DNA from: Streptomyces phage phiELB20
Length of the DNA stretch: 24,000 nt
Direction: 5' to 3' (one strand)
Sequence record: NC_041849.1
This document shows positions 17,494 through 23,727 of the stretch, piece by piece. The notes below the pieces were generated by a model. The model did no database searches. It was not told where the DNA came from and saw nothing but the letters and a program-made list of their open reading frames with translations. The translations under genes were made by a program, and so were the position numbers. The first letter of the stretch is position 1. The number at the start of each line of letters is the position of its first letter.

Positions 17494-17755
17494 GAGGTGT
17501 CTCCTGGAGGTTGAGTTCGCCCTCGATCGGGGCGGGCTTGGGGGTCATGCGGTACTTGTAGGCGATCAGCTCGGGGACCTCGCCCACCGGGACTGCTCGG
17601 TTGATCCACGCGGTGTGGCAGATCATCGCCATCATGTGGATCGCGGTCTTGATCATCTCGCTGTACGAGAGGCCGGTCCGGCGCAAGAGCTTGACGTCCT
17701 GCGCCAGGCTCTGGTCGACCCGTGCACTCAACTGGCGAGGCAGGTCTTCGCTCAC
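17336..17755 (-). CDS. Ribbon-helix-helix-like small protein with an out-of-frame tail over the next gene
   Basis: VSEDLPRQLSARVDQSLAQDVKLLRRTGLSYSEMIKTAIHMMAMICHTAW...; the ORF stays open 157 nt into the 17074-17493 gene. Confidence 0.45.
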   Translation of the reverse strand: MSEDLPRQLSARVDQSLAQDVKLLRRTGLSYSEMIKTAIHMMAMICHTAWINRAVPVGEVPELIAYKYRMTPKPAPIEGELNLQETPHEEDRADHRRRSDRPARLLPDLDAPRLRDQPRAGGDGRLRDAQPAHQAVPGR

Positions 17756-17979
17756 GCCACGGCCTCCAGCATCTCGGCGCCGTCGTCGGTGATGATGCCG
17801 AGGGGGGAGATCCAGCCCTCGTTGATCATCATCTGGGCGGCGCGTCCGTAGCTGCCTTGCAGGGTCCACGCCATGCCGCTGGCGATGAGCGTGGAGAACA
17901 GCTCCAGCGTCTCCCTCGGGTCGAGCTGGCCCTCTTCGAAGGTCATCAGGTCGATCGCGAGATCCTTCATGCGCCCCAT
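17752..17979 (-). CDS. Small conserved actinophage-type protein
   Basis: MKDLAIDLMTFEEGQLDPRETLELFSTLIASGMAWTLQGSYGRAAQMMINEGWI, a pattern common in phage genomes. Confidence 0.7.
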   Translation of the reverse strand: MGRMKDLAIDLMTFEEGQLDPRETLELFSTLIASGMAWTLQGSYGRAAQMMINEGWISPLGIITDDGAEMLEAVA

Positions 17980-17981
17980 GA

Positions 17982-18410
17982 TCAGACCTCCTCGGTCTCG
18001 GTCTCGGCGGAGTCCTCGATCTCATCCATCAGGACGTCGATGAGGCGGTAGGCGATCTGCACCAGGGCCATGTCCGCCCACCCTCCGGGGGTGTTGTCGG
18101 TCGGCGTGCCGTGGTCGCTCAGGTCTTCGGTGTAGGCGGTCAGGTCGACGAACTGCTTCCACTTCAGGTGGGTGCTGACGGCCGGGGCGGAGTCGGACAC
18201 CTCGTTGCGGATGCGCTCCCCCTCCGAGTCGAGGACGTCCCCGAGCTCGTCCCCGTCGTTGAGGTGGTGCTGGATGCGGTCGACCAGGTCGTCCCGCACG
18301 TCGGTCAGGAAGACCGCACCGTCGCTGCCGTGGTCGTCCGGCGAGCCCGTGTCCGCCAGTTCCGACAGGCGGTAGGCGCTGTACTGCTTGATCTGTCCGA
18401 GCACGTTCAT
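17982..18410 (-). CDS. Hypothetical protein
   Basis: True start MNVLGQIKQYSAYRLSELAD; ORF-track extension to 18512 runs through the ribozyme. Confidence 0.65.
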   Translation of the reverse strand: MNVLGQIKQYSAYRLSELADTGSPDDHGSDGAVFLTDVRDDLVDRIQHHLNDGDELGDVLDSEGERIRNEVSDSAPAVSTHLKWKQFVDLTAYTEDLSDHGTPTDNTPGGWADMALVQIAYRLIDVLMDEIEDSAETETEEV

Positions 18411-18430
18411 CGTTGTCACACCTTCACAGT

Positions 18431-18491
18431 GGTTGGCATCGTCAGGAACCGGGAACCGCCCGGTCCGACCACCCTCTCGGGTGGTTTCGCC
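18431..18491 (-). ncRNA. Type II hammerhead ribozyme, copy 3
   Basis: GGC-GAAA-CCACCC[GAGA]GGGUGG-UC^GGACCGGG[CGGUU]CCCGGUUC-CUGACGA-U-GCC-AACC. Cleavage between 18467 and 18466. Loop GGUU pairs with flank AACC. Confidence 0.93.
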
Positions 18492-18502
18492 TTGATGTGG
18501 TG

Positions 18503-18531
18503 ACAGTATCACGGCTGCGCAGGTTGCACAA
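18503..18531 (-). promoter_or_regulatory. Sigma70-like promoter upstream of hammerhead copy 3
   Basis: - strand TTGTGC-17 nt-TACTGT; flanking sequence nearly identical to 21370-21398. Confidence 0.55.
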
Positions 18532-18945
18532 TCAGCCGTAGCGGATCTCCCCGAGGGCCGCGAGCTGGATGATCACGTCCGCCGTACCGGCGTCGATGTA
18601 CGAGGCGTCGATCCCCTTGTTGTCCCGCTCGATCCAGGACTGGACGATGTACCCGTGGTACTCCCGGTTCACGAACTGCTGGCCGAGGTCGAGCAGCCTG
18701 GCGTACGCCACCCGGATCTGGTCGCGGCTCAAGTAGTGGACCGCCTCGACCTCGCGCTCACCGCCGAAGTAGAAGCACGGGCCCTGGCCCTCGACGATGG
18801 TGTACGTCTTCCCCTCGGGCAGGCCGGCGAATTCCTCGTCGGTCGGCTCCGTCGCCCAGTAGGTGATGCCTCCCTCGGCCCCGATGTCGACGATGTCCTG
18901 GACGTTCTGGTCGGTCAGTGCTGCGAGGATCTGCTCGGTGATCAC
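18532..18945 (-). CDS. Conserved actinophage-type hypothetical protein
   Basis: MITEQILAALTDQNVQDIVDIGAEGGITYWATEPTDEEF...VIIQLAALGEIRYG. Confidence 0.7.
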   Translation of the reverse strand: MITEQILAALTDQNVQDIVDIGAEGGITYWATEPTDEEFAGLPEGKTYTIVEGQGPCFYFGGEREVEAVHYLSRDQIRVAYARLLDLGQQFVNREYHGYIVQSWIERDNKGIDASYIDAGTADVIIQLAALGEIRYG

Positions 18946-18973
18946 TGTCGTACCCCTTGTGTCGGTGTGGTGG

Positions 18974-19117
18974 TCAGGCGTTGGAGGCGACGCGGACAGC
19001 GGCCTCGCTGACCTCGTACTTCTGCTGGCGGAGCTCGCGACGGGCCAGGGTCGTGGCCCTGTCCTTGCGCTTCGAGTCGCGGATGGTCAGGTCGTGGGTG
19101 CGGAACTTCGGGGTCAC
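18974..19117 (-). CDS. Small hypothetical protein (47 aa), absent from the ORF track
   Basis: VTPKFRTHDLTIRDSKRKDRATTLARRELRQQKYEVSEAAVRVASNA; GGAG upstream of GTG. Confidence 0.6.
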   Translation of the reverse strand: MTPKFRTHDLTIRDSKRKDRATTLARRELRQQKYEVSEAAVRVASNA

Positions 19118-19137
19118 TGTGGTTCTCCATTCGGTTC

Positions 19138-19194
19138 GGCAGGCTCATCAGCGGGGGGATGCCACCCACCCCGGACCCCCGAAGGGGTTTCGCC
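19138..19194 (-). ncRNA. Type II hammerhead ribozyme, copy 4
   Basis: GGC-GAAA-CCCC[UUCG]GGGG-UC^CGGGG..UGGCAU..CCCCG-CUGAUGA-GCC-UGCC. Cleavage between 19174 and 19173. Loop GGCA pairs with UGCC. Confidence 0.9.
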
Positions 19195-19198
19195 TCGT

Positions 19199-19756
19199 TC
19201 AGAGACCGATCAGGACGATCAGCTCCTGGACCGTCACGGTCGGGAGGTCGTGCCCCTTCGGCTCGATCTCCGGCTCCGGCTCCTCGATCAGCTCGGGTAC
19301 CGGCAGACCGGCGAGCTCCAGGACGTACGCCTCGAAGTCCTCGACCGACCCGTGCAGGTCGTCCTCGTCGTCGTCGCCCTCGGCGTGCCCCTCCAGGAAG
19401 GTCATCGCCTCGTGCTTGTGGCCGCCGACCATCAGGGCCTGGGCCAGGTCGTCCGCCTCGGTGCAGGTGAAGTGACCGCCCACACCCGACGCCGTCATCC
19501 CGTCCCCGAGGACTCTGGCGAGCACTCGGAGCGCACCGCCCAGCTCCTCGATCGCTTCCTCCGTGTCGGGCCCCTCGTCGTCGACCTCGACCTCGACCAG
19601 GTAGCCGTAGGACTCCGTCCAGTACCCGTCCGGGCGCTGCCCTGCCTTCAGCGTTCCGCCGCAGGTGGCGCATCGGTACGGGCTACCGAGCTCGGGGTAG
19701 AGGATCGGGCCGTTGTCGTCGAGGCATCGCACTACGTTGCTGGGAACCTTGGTCAT
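19199..19756 (-). CDS. Hypothetical protein
   Basis: MTKVPSNVVRCLDDNGPILYPELGSPYRCATCGGTLKAG...; 185 aa, starts just below hammerhead copy 5. Confidence 0.65.
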   Translation of the reverse strand: MTKVPSNVVRCLDDNGPILYPELGSPYRCATCGGTLKAGQRPDGYWTESYGYLVEVEVDDEGPDTEEAIEELGGALRVLARVLGDGMTASGVGGHFTCTEADDLAQALMVGGHKHEAMTFLEGHAEGDDDEDDLHGSVEDFEAYVLELAGLPVPELIEEPEPEIEPKGHDLPTVTVQELIVLIGL

Positions 19757-19776
19757 CTCGTCACACCCTCACAGTT

Positions 19777-19836
19777 GGCTGCCATCATCAGGAGGAGGGA
19801 GCCACCCCACCCCGACCGCCTCTCGACGGTTTCGGC
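19777..19836 (-). ncRNA. Type II hammerhead ribozyme, copy 5
   Basis: GCC-GAAA-CCGUC[GAGA]GGCGG-UC^GGGGUGGGGUGGCUCCCUCCUC-CUGAUGA-U-GGC-AGCC. Cleavage between 19814 and 19813. Loop GGCU pairs with AGCC. Confidence 0.88.
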
Positions 19837-19853
19837 TTGCGTCACTTGCACAG

Positions 19854-20651
19854 TCAGACCGCGATGTCCAGCGTGAGCTGGTCAGGGTTGTACCCGAGGA
19901 CGTTCCAGAGGAAGACCTCGTAGGCCAGCTCCTCGAAGTACGTGTCCCGGTACCCCGCGTAGATCTCGGCGACCTTGTCCCAGTCGACACCCGCGTTGGC
20001 CTCGTAGCCCATCAGCTCGGAGAGGTCGCCGCCCTGGAAGATCAGGTTGTCGATCGCGGTCTGCTCCTCGATTGTGTCGTCGGAGTACTCCCGCTTGGCC
20101 TGGTCCAGCGCCTCCGTGCAGTTGTCCTCGAACGCCTTCCACTCGCGCTCGGAGAAGTCCGACTCGTCGATGATCGGGTAGTCCTGGAGTCCGACCAGGA
20201 GCTCGGCCGCTTCGATGAACGCGGCGGTGAACTCCTGCTCGGGCAGGCACTTCTCACCGTCGCACTCGATGCGGCAGTAGAGCTGGCAGTAGAAGTCGTC
20301 CTCGTCCTGGGCGCACTCGTCCTCGTGCTCCCAGGTGGGCTCGCACTCGCACTCGTAGTCCTCGTACGACTCGTACACCTGGACGTAGATGGTGCGGAGG
20401 GAGCCGCAGGCCCAGTGCCTCGCGGTGCCGTCGATGACGTGCTCGTCCGCGTCGTCACCCGCAGCGCCCTGGATCAGGGACAGCGCCGACTTGTAGTTCG
20501 ACTCTTCGAGGATGTCGTCCCCGAGCTCGGCCCAGGAGAACAGGGCGCCGTGCGTCTCGAAGAGACGGTCGTCCCAGAACATCGCGTCGCTCGGCCTGGT
20601 GAGGCAGTTCGTCGCGATCTCGTCCAGCGTCTCGAAGTCCAGCGTGCTCAT
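19854..20651 (-). CDS. Hypothetical protein, acidic
   Basis: True start MSTLDFETLDEIATNCLTRPSD...; upstream ORF extension is the ribozyme. Confidence 0.65.
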   Translation of the reverse strand: MSTLDFETLDEIATNCLTRPSDAMFWDDRLFETHGALFSWAELGDDILEESNYKSALSLIQGAAGDDADEHVIDGTARHWACGSLRTIYVQVYESYEDYECECEPTWEHEDECAQDEDDFYCQLYCRIECDGEKCLPEQEFTAAFIEAAELLVGLQDYPIIDESDFSEREWKAFEDNCTEALDQAKREYSDDTIEEQTAIDNLIFQGGDLSELMGYEANAGVDWDKVAEIYAGYRDTYFEELAYEVFLWNVLGYNPDQLTLDIAV

Positions 20652-20660
20652 GATCTCTCC

Positions 20661-20733
20661 CGGTTGCATCGTCAGGACCCAGGTACCGCCCTGGGCCGAC
20701 ACCTCACCGGTCCAGCCGGCGAGATGTTTCGCA
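20661..20733 (-). ncRNA. Type II hammerhead ribozyme, copy 6 (long stem III)
   Basis: UGC-GAAA-CAUCUCGCCGG[CUGGA]CCGGUGAGGUG-UC^GGCCCAGG[GCGGUA]CCUGGGUC-CUGACGA-U-GCA-ACCG. Cleavage between 20698 and 20697. Loop CGGU pairs with ACCG. Confidence 0.92.
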
Positions 20734-20760
20734 TGGAGTGGTGCAGTCACGACTCCAGGG

Positions 20761-20856
20761 CTACCTCCTGAAGAACGCGACTTCCCAGCTACTCGCATCG
20801 CGGTATCCGCGACGGTCGAGTAACAGAGCGCTGTGCACGTGCATGGTGATCTGCAT
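20761..20856 (-). CDS. Possible tiny protein (31 aa)
   Basis: MQITMHVHSALLLDRRGYRDASSWEVAFFRR downstream of hammerhead copy 7. Confidence 0.35.
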   Translation of the reverse strand: MQITMHVHSALLLDRRGYRDASSWEVAFFRR

Positions 20857-20892
20857 GTTTGCCTCTCGGCTTCGGCACGAATGGGTCAGTAG

Positions 20893-20948
20893 GGCTGGCT
20901 CATCAGTGACGGGTAACCACCCCGCCAGACGCCCGAAGGCGTTTCGCC
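20893..20948 (-). ncRNA. Type II hammerhead ribozyme, copy 7
   Basis: GGC-GAAA-CGCC[UUCG]GGCG-UC^UGGCGGG[GUGGUUA]CCCGUCA-CUGAUGA-GCC-AGCC. Cleavage between 20928 and 20927. Confidence 0.93.
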
Positions 20949-20950
20949 TG

Positions 20951-21082
20951 CTACTCGTAGTGGGAGGCCGCGACCTTGTCGGCGAGCTCCAGGACTGCCC
21001 TTCTCTCGTGGTGCTCCAGCTCCGCCAGGAGCTCGGCGAGCTGCTCGATGCTGTACTCGGGGGTGATGCTGTATCCGTCCAC
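20951..21082 (-). CDS. Small hypothetical protein (43 aa)
   Basis: VDGYSITPEYSIEQLAELLAELEHHERRAVLELADKVAASHYE; between two hammerhead copies. Confidence 0.6.
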   Translation of the reverse strand: MDGYSITPEYSIEQLAELLAELEHHERRAVLELADKVAASHYE

Positions 21083-21092
21083 GTGCTCTCCT

Positions 21093-21149
21093 CGGCTGGC
21101 TCATCAGTGACCGGGAACCGCCCGGCCAGACGCCTCCCGGCGTTTCGCC
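21093..21149 (-). ncRNA. Type II hammerhead ribozyme, copy 8
   Basis: GGC-GAAA-CGCC[GGGA]GGCG-UC^UGGCCGGG[CGGUU]CCCGGUCA-CUGAUGA-GCC-AGCCG. Cleavage between 21129 and 21128. Canonical core, 5-bp pseudoknot possible. Confidence 0.95.
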
Positions 21150-21154
21150 TTGCA

Positions 21155-21343
21155 CTACTGCGACACTTGCACTTCACGACTGCGGTATCGGGCCCAGTCA
21201 TGGACCTGTCCCTTCTCGATCCAGGGGAGCCCGTCGTTGGGCCGACGCGGGCTGTACTGCATCTCTCGCCCGATGGCCGGGGCGACCGCCCCCACGATCC
21301 TCTTGCCTGCCTCGTGCGCCTGGCGCAGTTCCTTGCCGGTCAT
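21155..21343 (-). CDS. Hypothetical protein (62 aa)
   Basis: MTGKELRQAHEAGKRIVGAVAPAIGREMQYSPRRPNDG... Confidence 0.6.
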   Translation of the reverse strand: MTGKELRQAHEAGKRIVGAVAPAIGREMQYSPRRPNDGLPWIEKGQVHDWARYRSREVQVSQ

Positions 21344-21369
21344 TCCCTCTCCCCTTGCTCGATGTAGTG

Positions 21370-21398
21370 ACAGTATCACGGTTGCGCAGGTTGCACAA
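21370..21398 (-). promoter_or_regulatory. Sigma70-like promoter
   Basis: - strand TTGTGC-17 nt-TACTGT, near-identical to the element at 18503-18531. Confidence 0.55.
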
Positions 21399-21405
21399 CC
21401 AGGCT

Positions 21406-21804
21406 TCAGAGAGCCATGAAGACCACGTCGGGCTCACCGGGCGTCCAGTTCGGGACCCGCTCGGTCTCGACGAACCCGAAGCGCTTGTAGTACTCGGGGA
21501 GGAAGCCGTCGAAGCAGTCCAGGCGCCTTGCACCCTTGTGCGTCACGGCGTCCCACATGAGGCCCTCGCCGCGTCCCTTGACCAGGGAGAACAGTCCGAT
21601 CAGCGTGCCGTCGTAGGCCACACCGAACCCGGACTTGAAGTCGGGGGTGAGGTAGTACCGCGAGCCGCGCGGCATCTCCTCGGGCTTGCTGGTCGCCTCA
21701 GCGATCCGGGGGCTCTCCTCTCGCGCCCAGCCAAGGGCGGCGGTGTACTCCGACCAGGAGGCCGGGTGGACGTAGACAGTCGCGGTCGTGGTCATCGTGG
21801 TCAC
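21406..21804 (-). CDS. GNAT-like acyltransferase-fold protein
   Basis: YYLTPDFKSGFGVAYDGTLIGLFSLVKGRG...DCFDGFLPEYYKRFGFVETERVPNW. Confidence 0.55.
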   Translation of the reverse strand: MTTMTTTATVYVHPASWSEYTAALGWAREESPRIAEATSKPEEMPRGSRYYLTPDFKSGFGVAYDGTLIGLFSLVKGRGEGLMWDAVTHKGARRLDCFDGFLPEYYKRFGFVETERVPNWTPGEPDVVFMAL

Positions 21805-21829
21805 GCTGGACTCCTTCAGGAGGTGAGCA

Positions 21830-21885
21830 GGCTGGCTCATCAGCGACCGGGTACCACCCGGCCGGACGCCTCACGGCGTTTCGCC
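21830..21885 (-). ncRNA. Type II hammerhead ribozyme, copy 9
   Basis: GGC-GAAA-CGCC[GUGA]GGCG-UC^CGGCCGGG[UGGUA]CCCGGUCG-CUGAUGA-GCC-AGCC. Cleavage between 21865 and 21864. Confidence 0.94.
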
Positions 21886-21896
21886 TTGCGCAGGTT

Positions 21897-22124
21897 TCAC
21901 ACCCCGTCCGGAGGAAGCGGGATGCCGTTCAGGACCATGACCCACTCGCAGGCCGGGGCGAACCCCTGGTCGCAGTCGTCTTGCTTGGAGTCGGCGAACC
22001 CTTGATTGAAGGTCTGCACCGCGTCCAGCACCGGGTAGGGCGGAGCCTGCGGACTGGAGACGAGACCCCAGGTCAGGACACACCCCACCCCCAGGCCGGC
22101 GAGTCCGGCGAGGAAGGCCCTCAC
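21897..22124 (-). CDS. Small membrane/secreted hypothetical protein
   Basis: MRAFLAGLAGLGVGCVLTWGLVSSPQAPPYP hydrophobic N-terminus. Confidence 0.6.
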   Translation of the reverse strand: MRAFLAGLAGLGVGCVLTWGLVSSPQAPPYPVLDAVQTFNQGFADSKQDDCDQGFAPACEWVMVLNGIPLPPDGV

Positions 22125-22297
22125 TTGCCGTACACCGCAGCGAGGCGGGCCTCGTGCGCCTTGACCTCGGCGAGGTACAGGCGCTCCCCGAACTCCAGGG
22201 ACAGGGCGCGGAGGTTGTTCCTGCGGACACCGTTCAGGATGTTCGAGCGCATCCGGCCGTACGAGATGGACAGGGGGGTCTTGTCGAGGGAAACCAT
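22121..22297 (-). CDS. Hypothetical protein (58 aa)
   Basis: MVSLDKTPLSISYGRMRSNILNGVRRNNLRALSLEFGERL... Confidence 0.6.
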   Translation of the reverse strand: MVSLDKTPLSISYGRMRSNILNGVRRNNLRALSLEFGERLYLAEVKAHEARLAAVYGK

Positions 22298-22320
22298 GGG
22301 GACTCCTTGGAGGAGATGCA

Positions 22321-22378
22321 GGCTGGCATCGTCAGCGACCGGGAACCACCCCGGCCGGACCCCTTGCGGGGTTTCGCC
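22321..22378 (-). ncRNA. Type II hammerhead ribozyme, copy 10
   Basis: GGC-GAAA-CCCC[GCAA]GGGG-UC^CGGCCGGG[GUGGUU]CCCGGUCG-CUGACGA-U-GCC-AGCC. Cleavage between 22358 and 22357. Confidence 0.93.
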
Positions 22379-22407
22379 TTGTTGATGTAGCAACCGTACT
22401 ACGCTTG

Positions 22408-22800
22408 TCACACTTGCACAAGTGCCAAGCAGGTCACGCGGGTGACTTCGACGTGCACGTCCTGGGCCTCCAGGAACTGCGCCTGGTAGGGGTGGTACGC
22501 CGCGTCACCGACCAGCCACTCGGCGGAGCGCTTGTCGCAGGCGCTGATGTTCTGCACCCACCACTCAGAGAGCTCTTCCTCGAAGGGCCAGATCTCGGCG
22601 GTCTCGTCACCGTTCCCGCTCCCGTCCCAGAACTGGATGACGTATCCAGGCTGGCGGATCGCAGGCTTCGGCGGGTTGATCTCCACCAGGTATTGCGGGT
22701 AGCCGAACTGGTCGGCGTGGTGCTGGCACCGCATCGCGTTGCCCCTGGAGACAGTGGCGAAGTAGTGCGTTGCGGGCTCGGAGCAGATACCACAGATCAT
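22408..22800 (-). CDS. Hypothetical protein with Cys/His cluster
   Basis: MICGICSEPATHYFATVSRGNAMRCQHHADQFGYPQYLVEI... Confidence 0.65.
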   Translation of the reverse strand: MICGICSEPATHYFATVSRGNAMRCQHHADQFGYPQYLVEINPPKPAIRQPGYVIQFWDGSGNGDETAEIWPFEEELSEWWVQNISACDKRSAEWLVGDAAYHPYQAQFLEAQDVHVEVTRVTCLALVQV

Positions 22801-23015
22801 CGGGTGACCCTCTCGGTGTCGAAGTCGAAGATGCCGAAGCAGTTGGAGCACGTGGGGTCGGCGATGTAGTCGGCCAGCGTGGCGCCGACCAGCCAGTCCA
22901 TCTCGCCGTACTCGGCGTCGTAGACCTTGATCACGCCCTCGTCGGTGACCTTGAAGGCTTCCAGGCACCCCGTGCAGCGGATGTGAATCTCGCTGGTCAC
23001 TGTCGTTCCGGCCAT
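22797..23015 (-). CDS. Zinc-ribbon-like small protein
   Basis: MAGTTVTSEIHIRCTGCLEAFKV...DPTCSNCFGIFDFDTERVTR (CxxC...CxxC). Confidence 0.6.
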   Translation of the reverse strand: MAGTTVTSEIHIRCTGCLEAFKVTDEGVIKVYDAEYGEMDWLVGATLADYIADPTCSNCFGIFDFDTERVTR

Positions 23016-23532
23016 CGCGCTCTCCCCTCGTTCTGTTGCTACACTTGCACACTCTGTGCGAAGAGTCAAGCCGACCGCGTCGGCGACTCAGTGACCCCGT
23101 GTGCTTCGATGCTACGGGCCCCGCTCCCGTACTGGCGAGCGGTCCCGAGGGGCCTTTTCGGGAGCCCGTAGTGGCGCTCCCCCGGTCCCTTACTGGCGAC
23201 CGGTACTTCCCGCCCTTCCCGCTGTGCTTCCGTCCGTACTGTCGTCCCGCACCGTGTGGTGCGTTCCGTTTCCGGACCGTCCGGGAAGGACGGTTGGGCC
23301 CTGGATTCCGCCCACCTACGATCCGACACTCCGGAACCGTGTGGCATCCCACCGTTCCGGAACTGCGCCTCAGACCGCCTGATGTGCGGGGCACTGTACC
23401 CTGACGTTCGCCGGAGGAGCGGGTCTGATTCACGTTCGGACTGCGTCGGATACCCGACCCTCTCGCTTCACTCGCCCACGCTCTCAGTCACCGCCTACAC
23501 CCGAAGGTGCGTCGTACCAAGTTCGTGTGTGT

Positions 23533-23558
23533 TGCTGTCTTGCTGAGCTGTACTCTAC
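23533..23558. repeat. Direct repeat copy A
   Basis: TGCTGTCTTGCTGAGCTGTACTCTAC; 3 mismatches to 23680-23705. Confidence 0.75.
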
Positions 23559-23580
23559 CGGATCTCTCCGGGTTGTGCAA
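23552..23580 (-). promoter_or_regulatory. Sigma70-like promoter A
   Basis: - strand TTGCAC-17 nt-TAGAGT. Confidence 0.65.
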
Positions 23581-23679
23581 GTGGTGCTGTGCTCGGCTTG
23601 CACATTTGCAGGTGAGCCGCTGTTCGCCACTCGGTAACCGTTCCCCGGACCTTCGACATCCCGGTTCACTCACCTGCCG

Positions 23680-23705
23680 TGCTGCCTTGCTGAGCTCGAC
23701 TCTAC
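23680..23705. repeat. Direct repeat copy B
   Basis: TGCTGCCTTGCTGAGCTCGACTCTAC. Confidence 0.75.
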
Positions 23706-23727
23706 ACGAGTTGGGCCCGTTGTGCAA
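23699..23727 (-). promoter_or_regulatory. Sigma70-like promoter B
   Basis: - strand TTGCAC-17 nt-TAGAGT, same downstream repeat as promoter A. Confidence 0.65.

Noticed and set aside
17982-18512. ORF-track extensions through ribozymes (also 19854-20798, 20886-21155, 22121-22411, 16234-17031) as real N-termini
   Set aside because: The extensions translate ribozyme sequence; better starts with ribosome-binding-like sequence lie immediately downstream.
14460-22378. The hairpin repeats as Rho-independent terminators or REP/BIME elements
   Set aside because: No U-tract follows them, they have one orientation, they sit before start codons rather than after operon ends, and they keep unpaired GAAA, CUGANGA and GUC residues that terminators or REPs do not need.
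14460-22378. CRISPR array
   Set aside because: Spacing is irregular (tens to thousands of nt), repeats differ in sequence while keeping structure, and coding genes lie between them.
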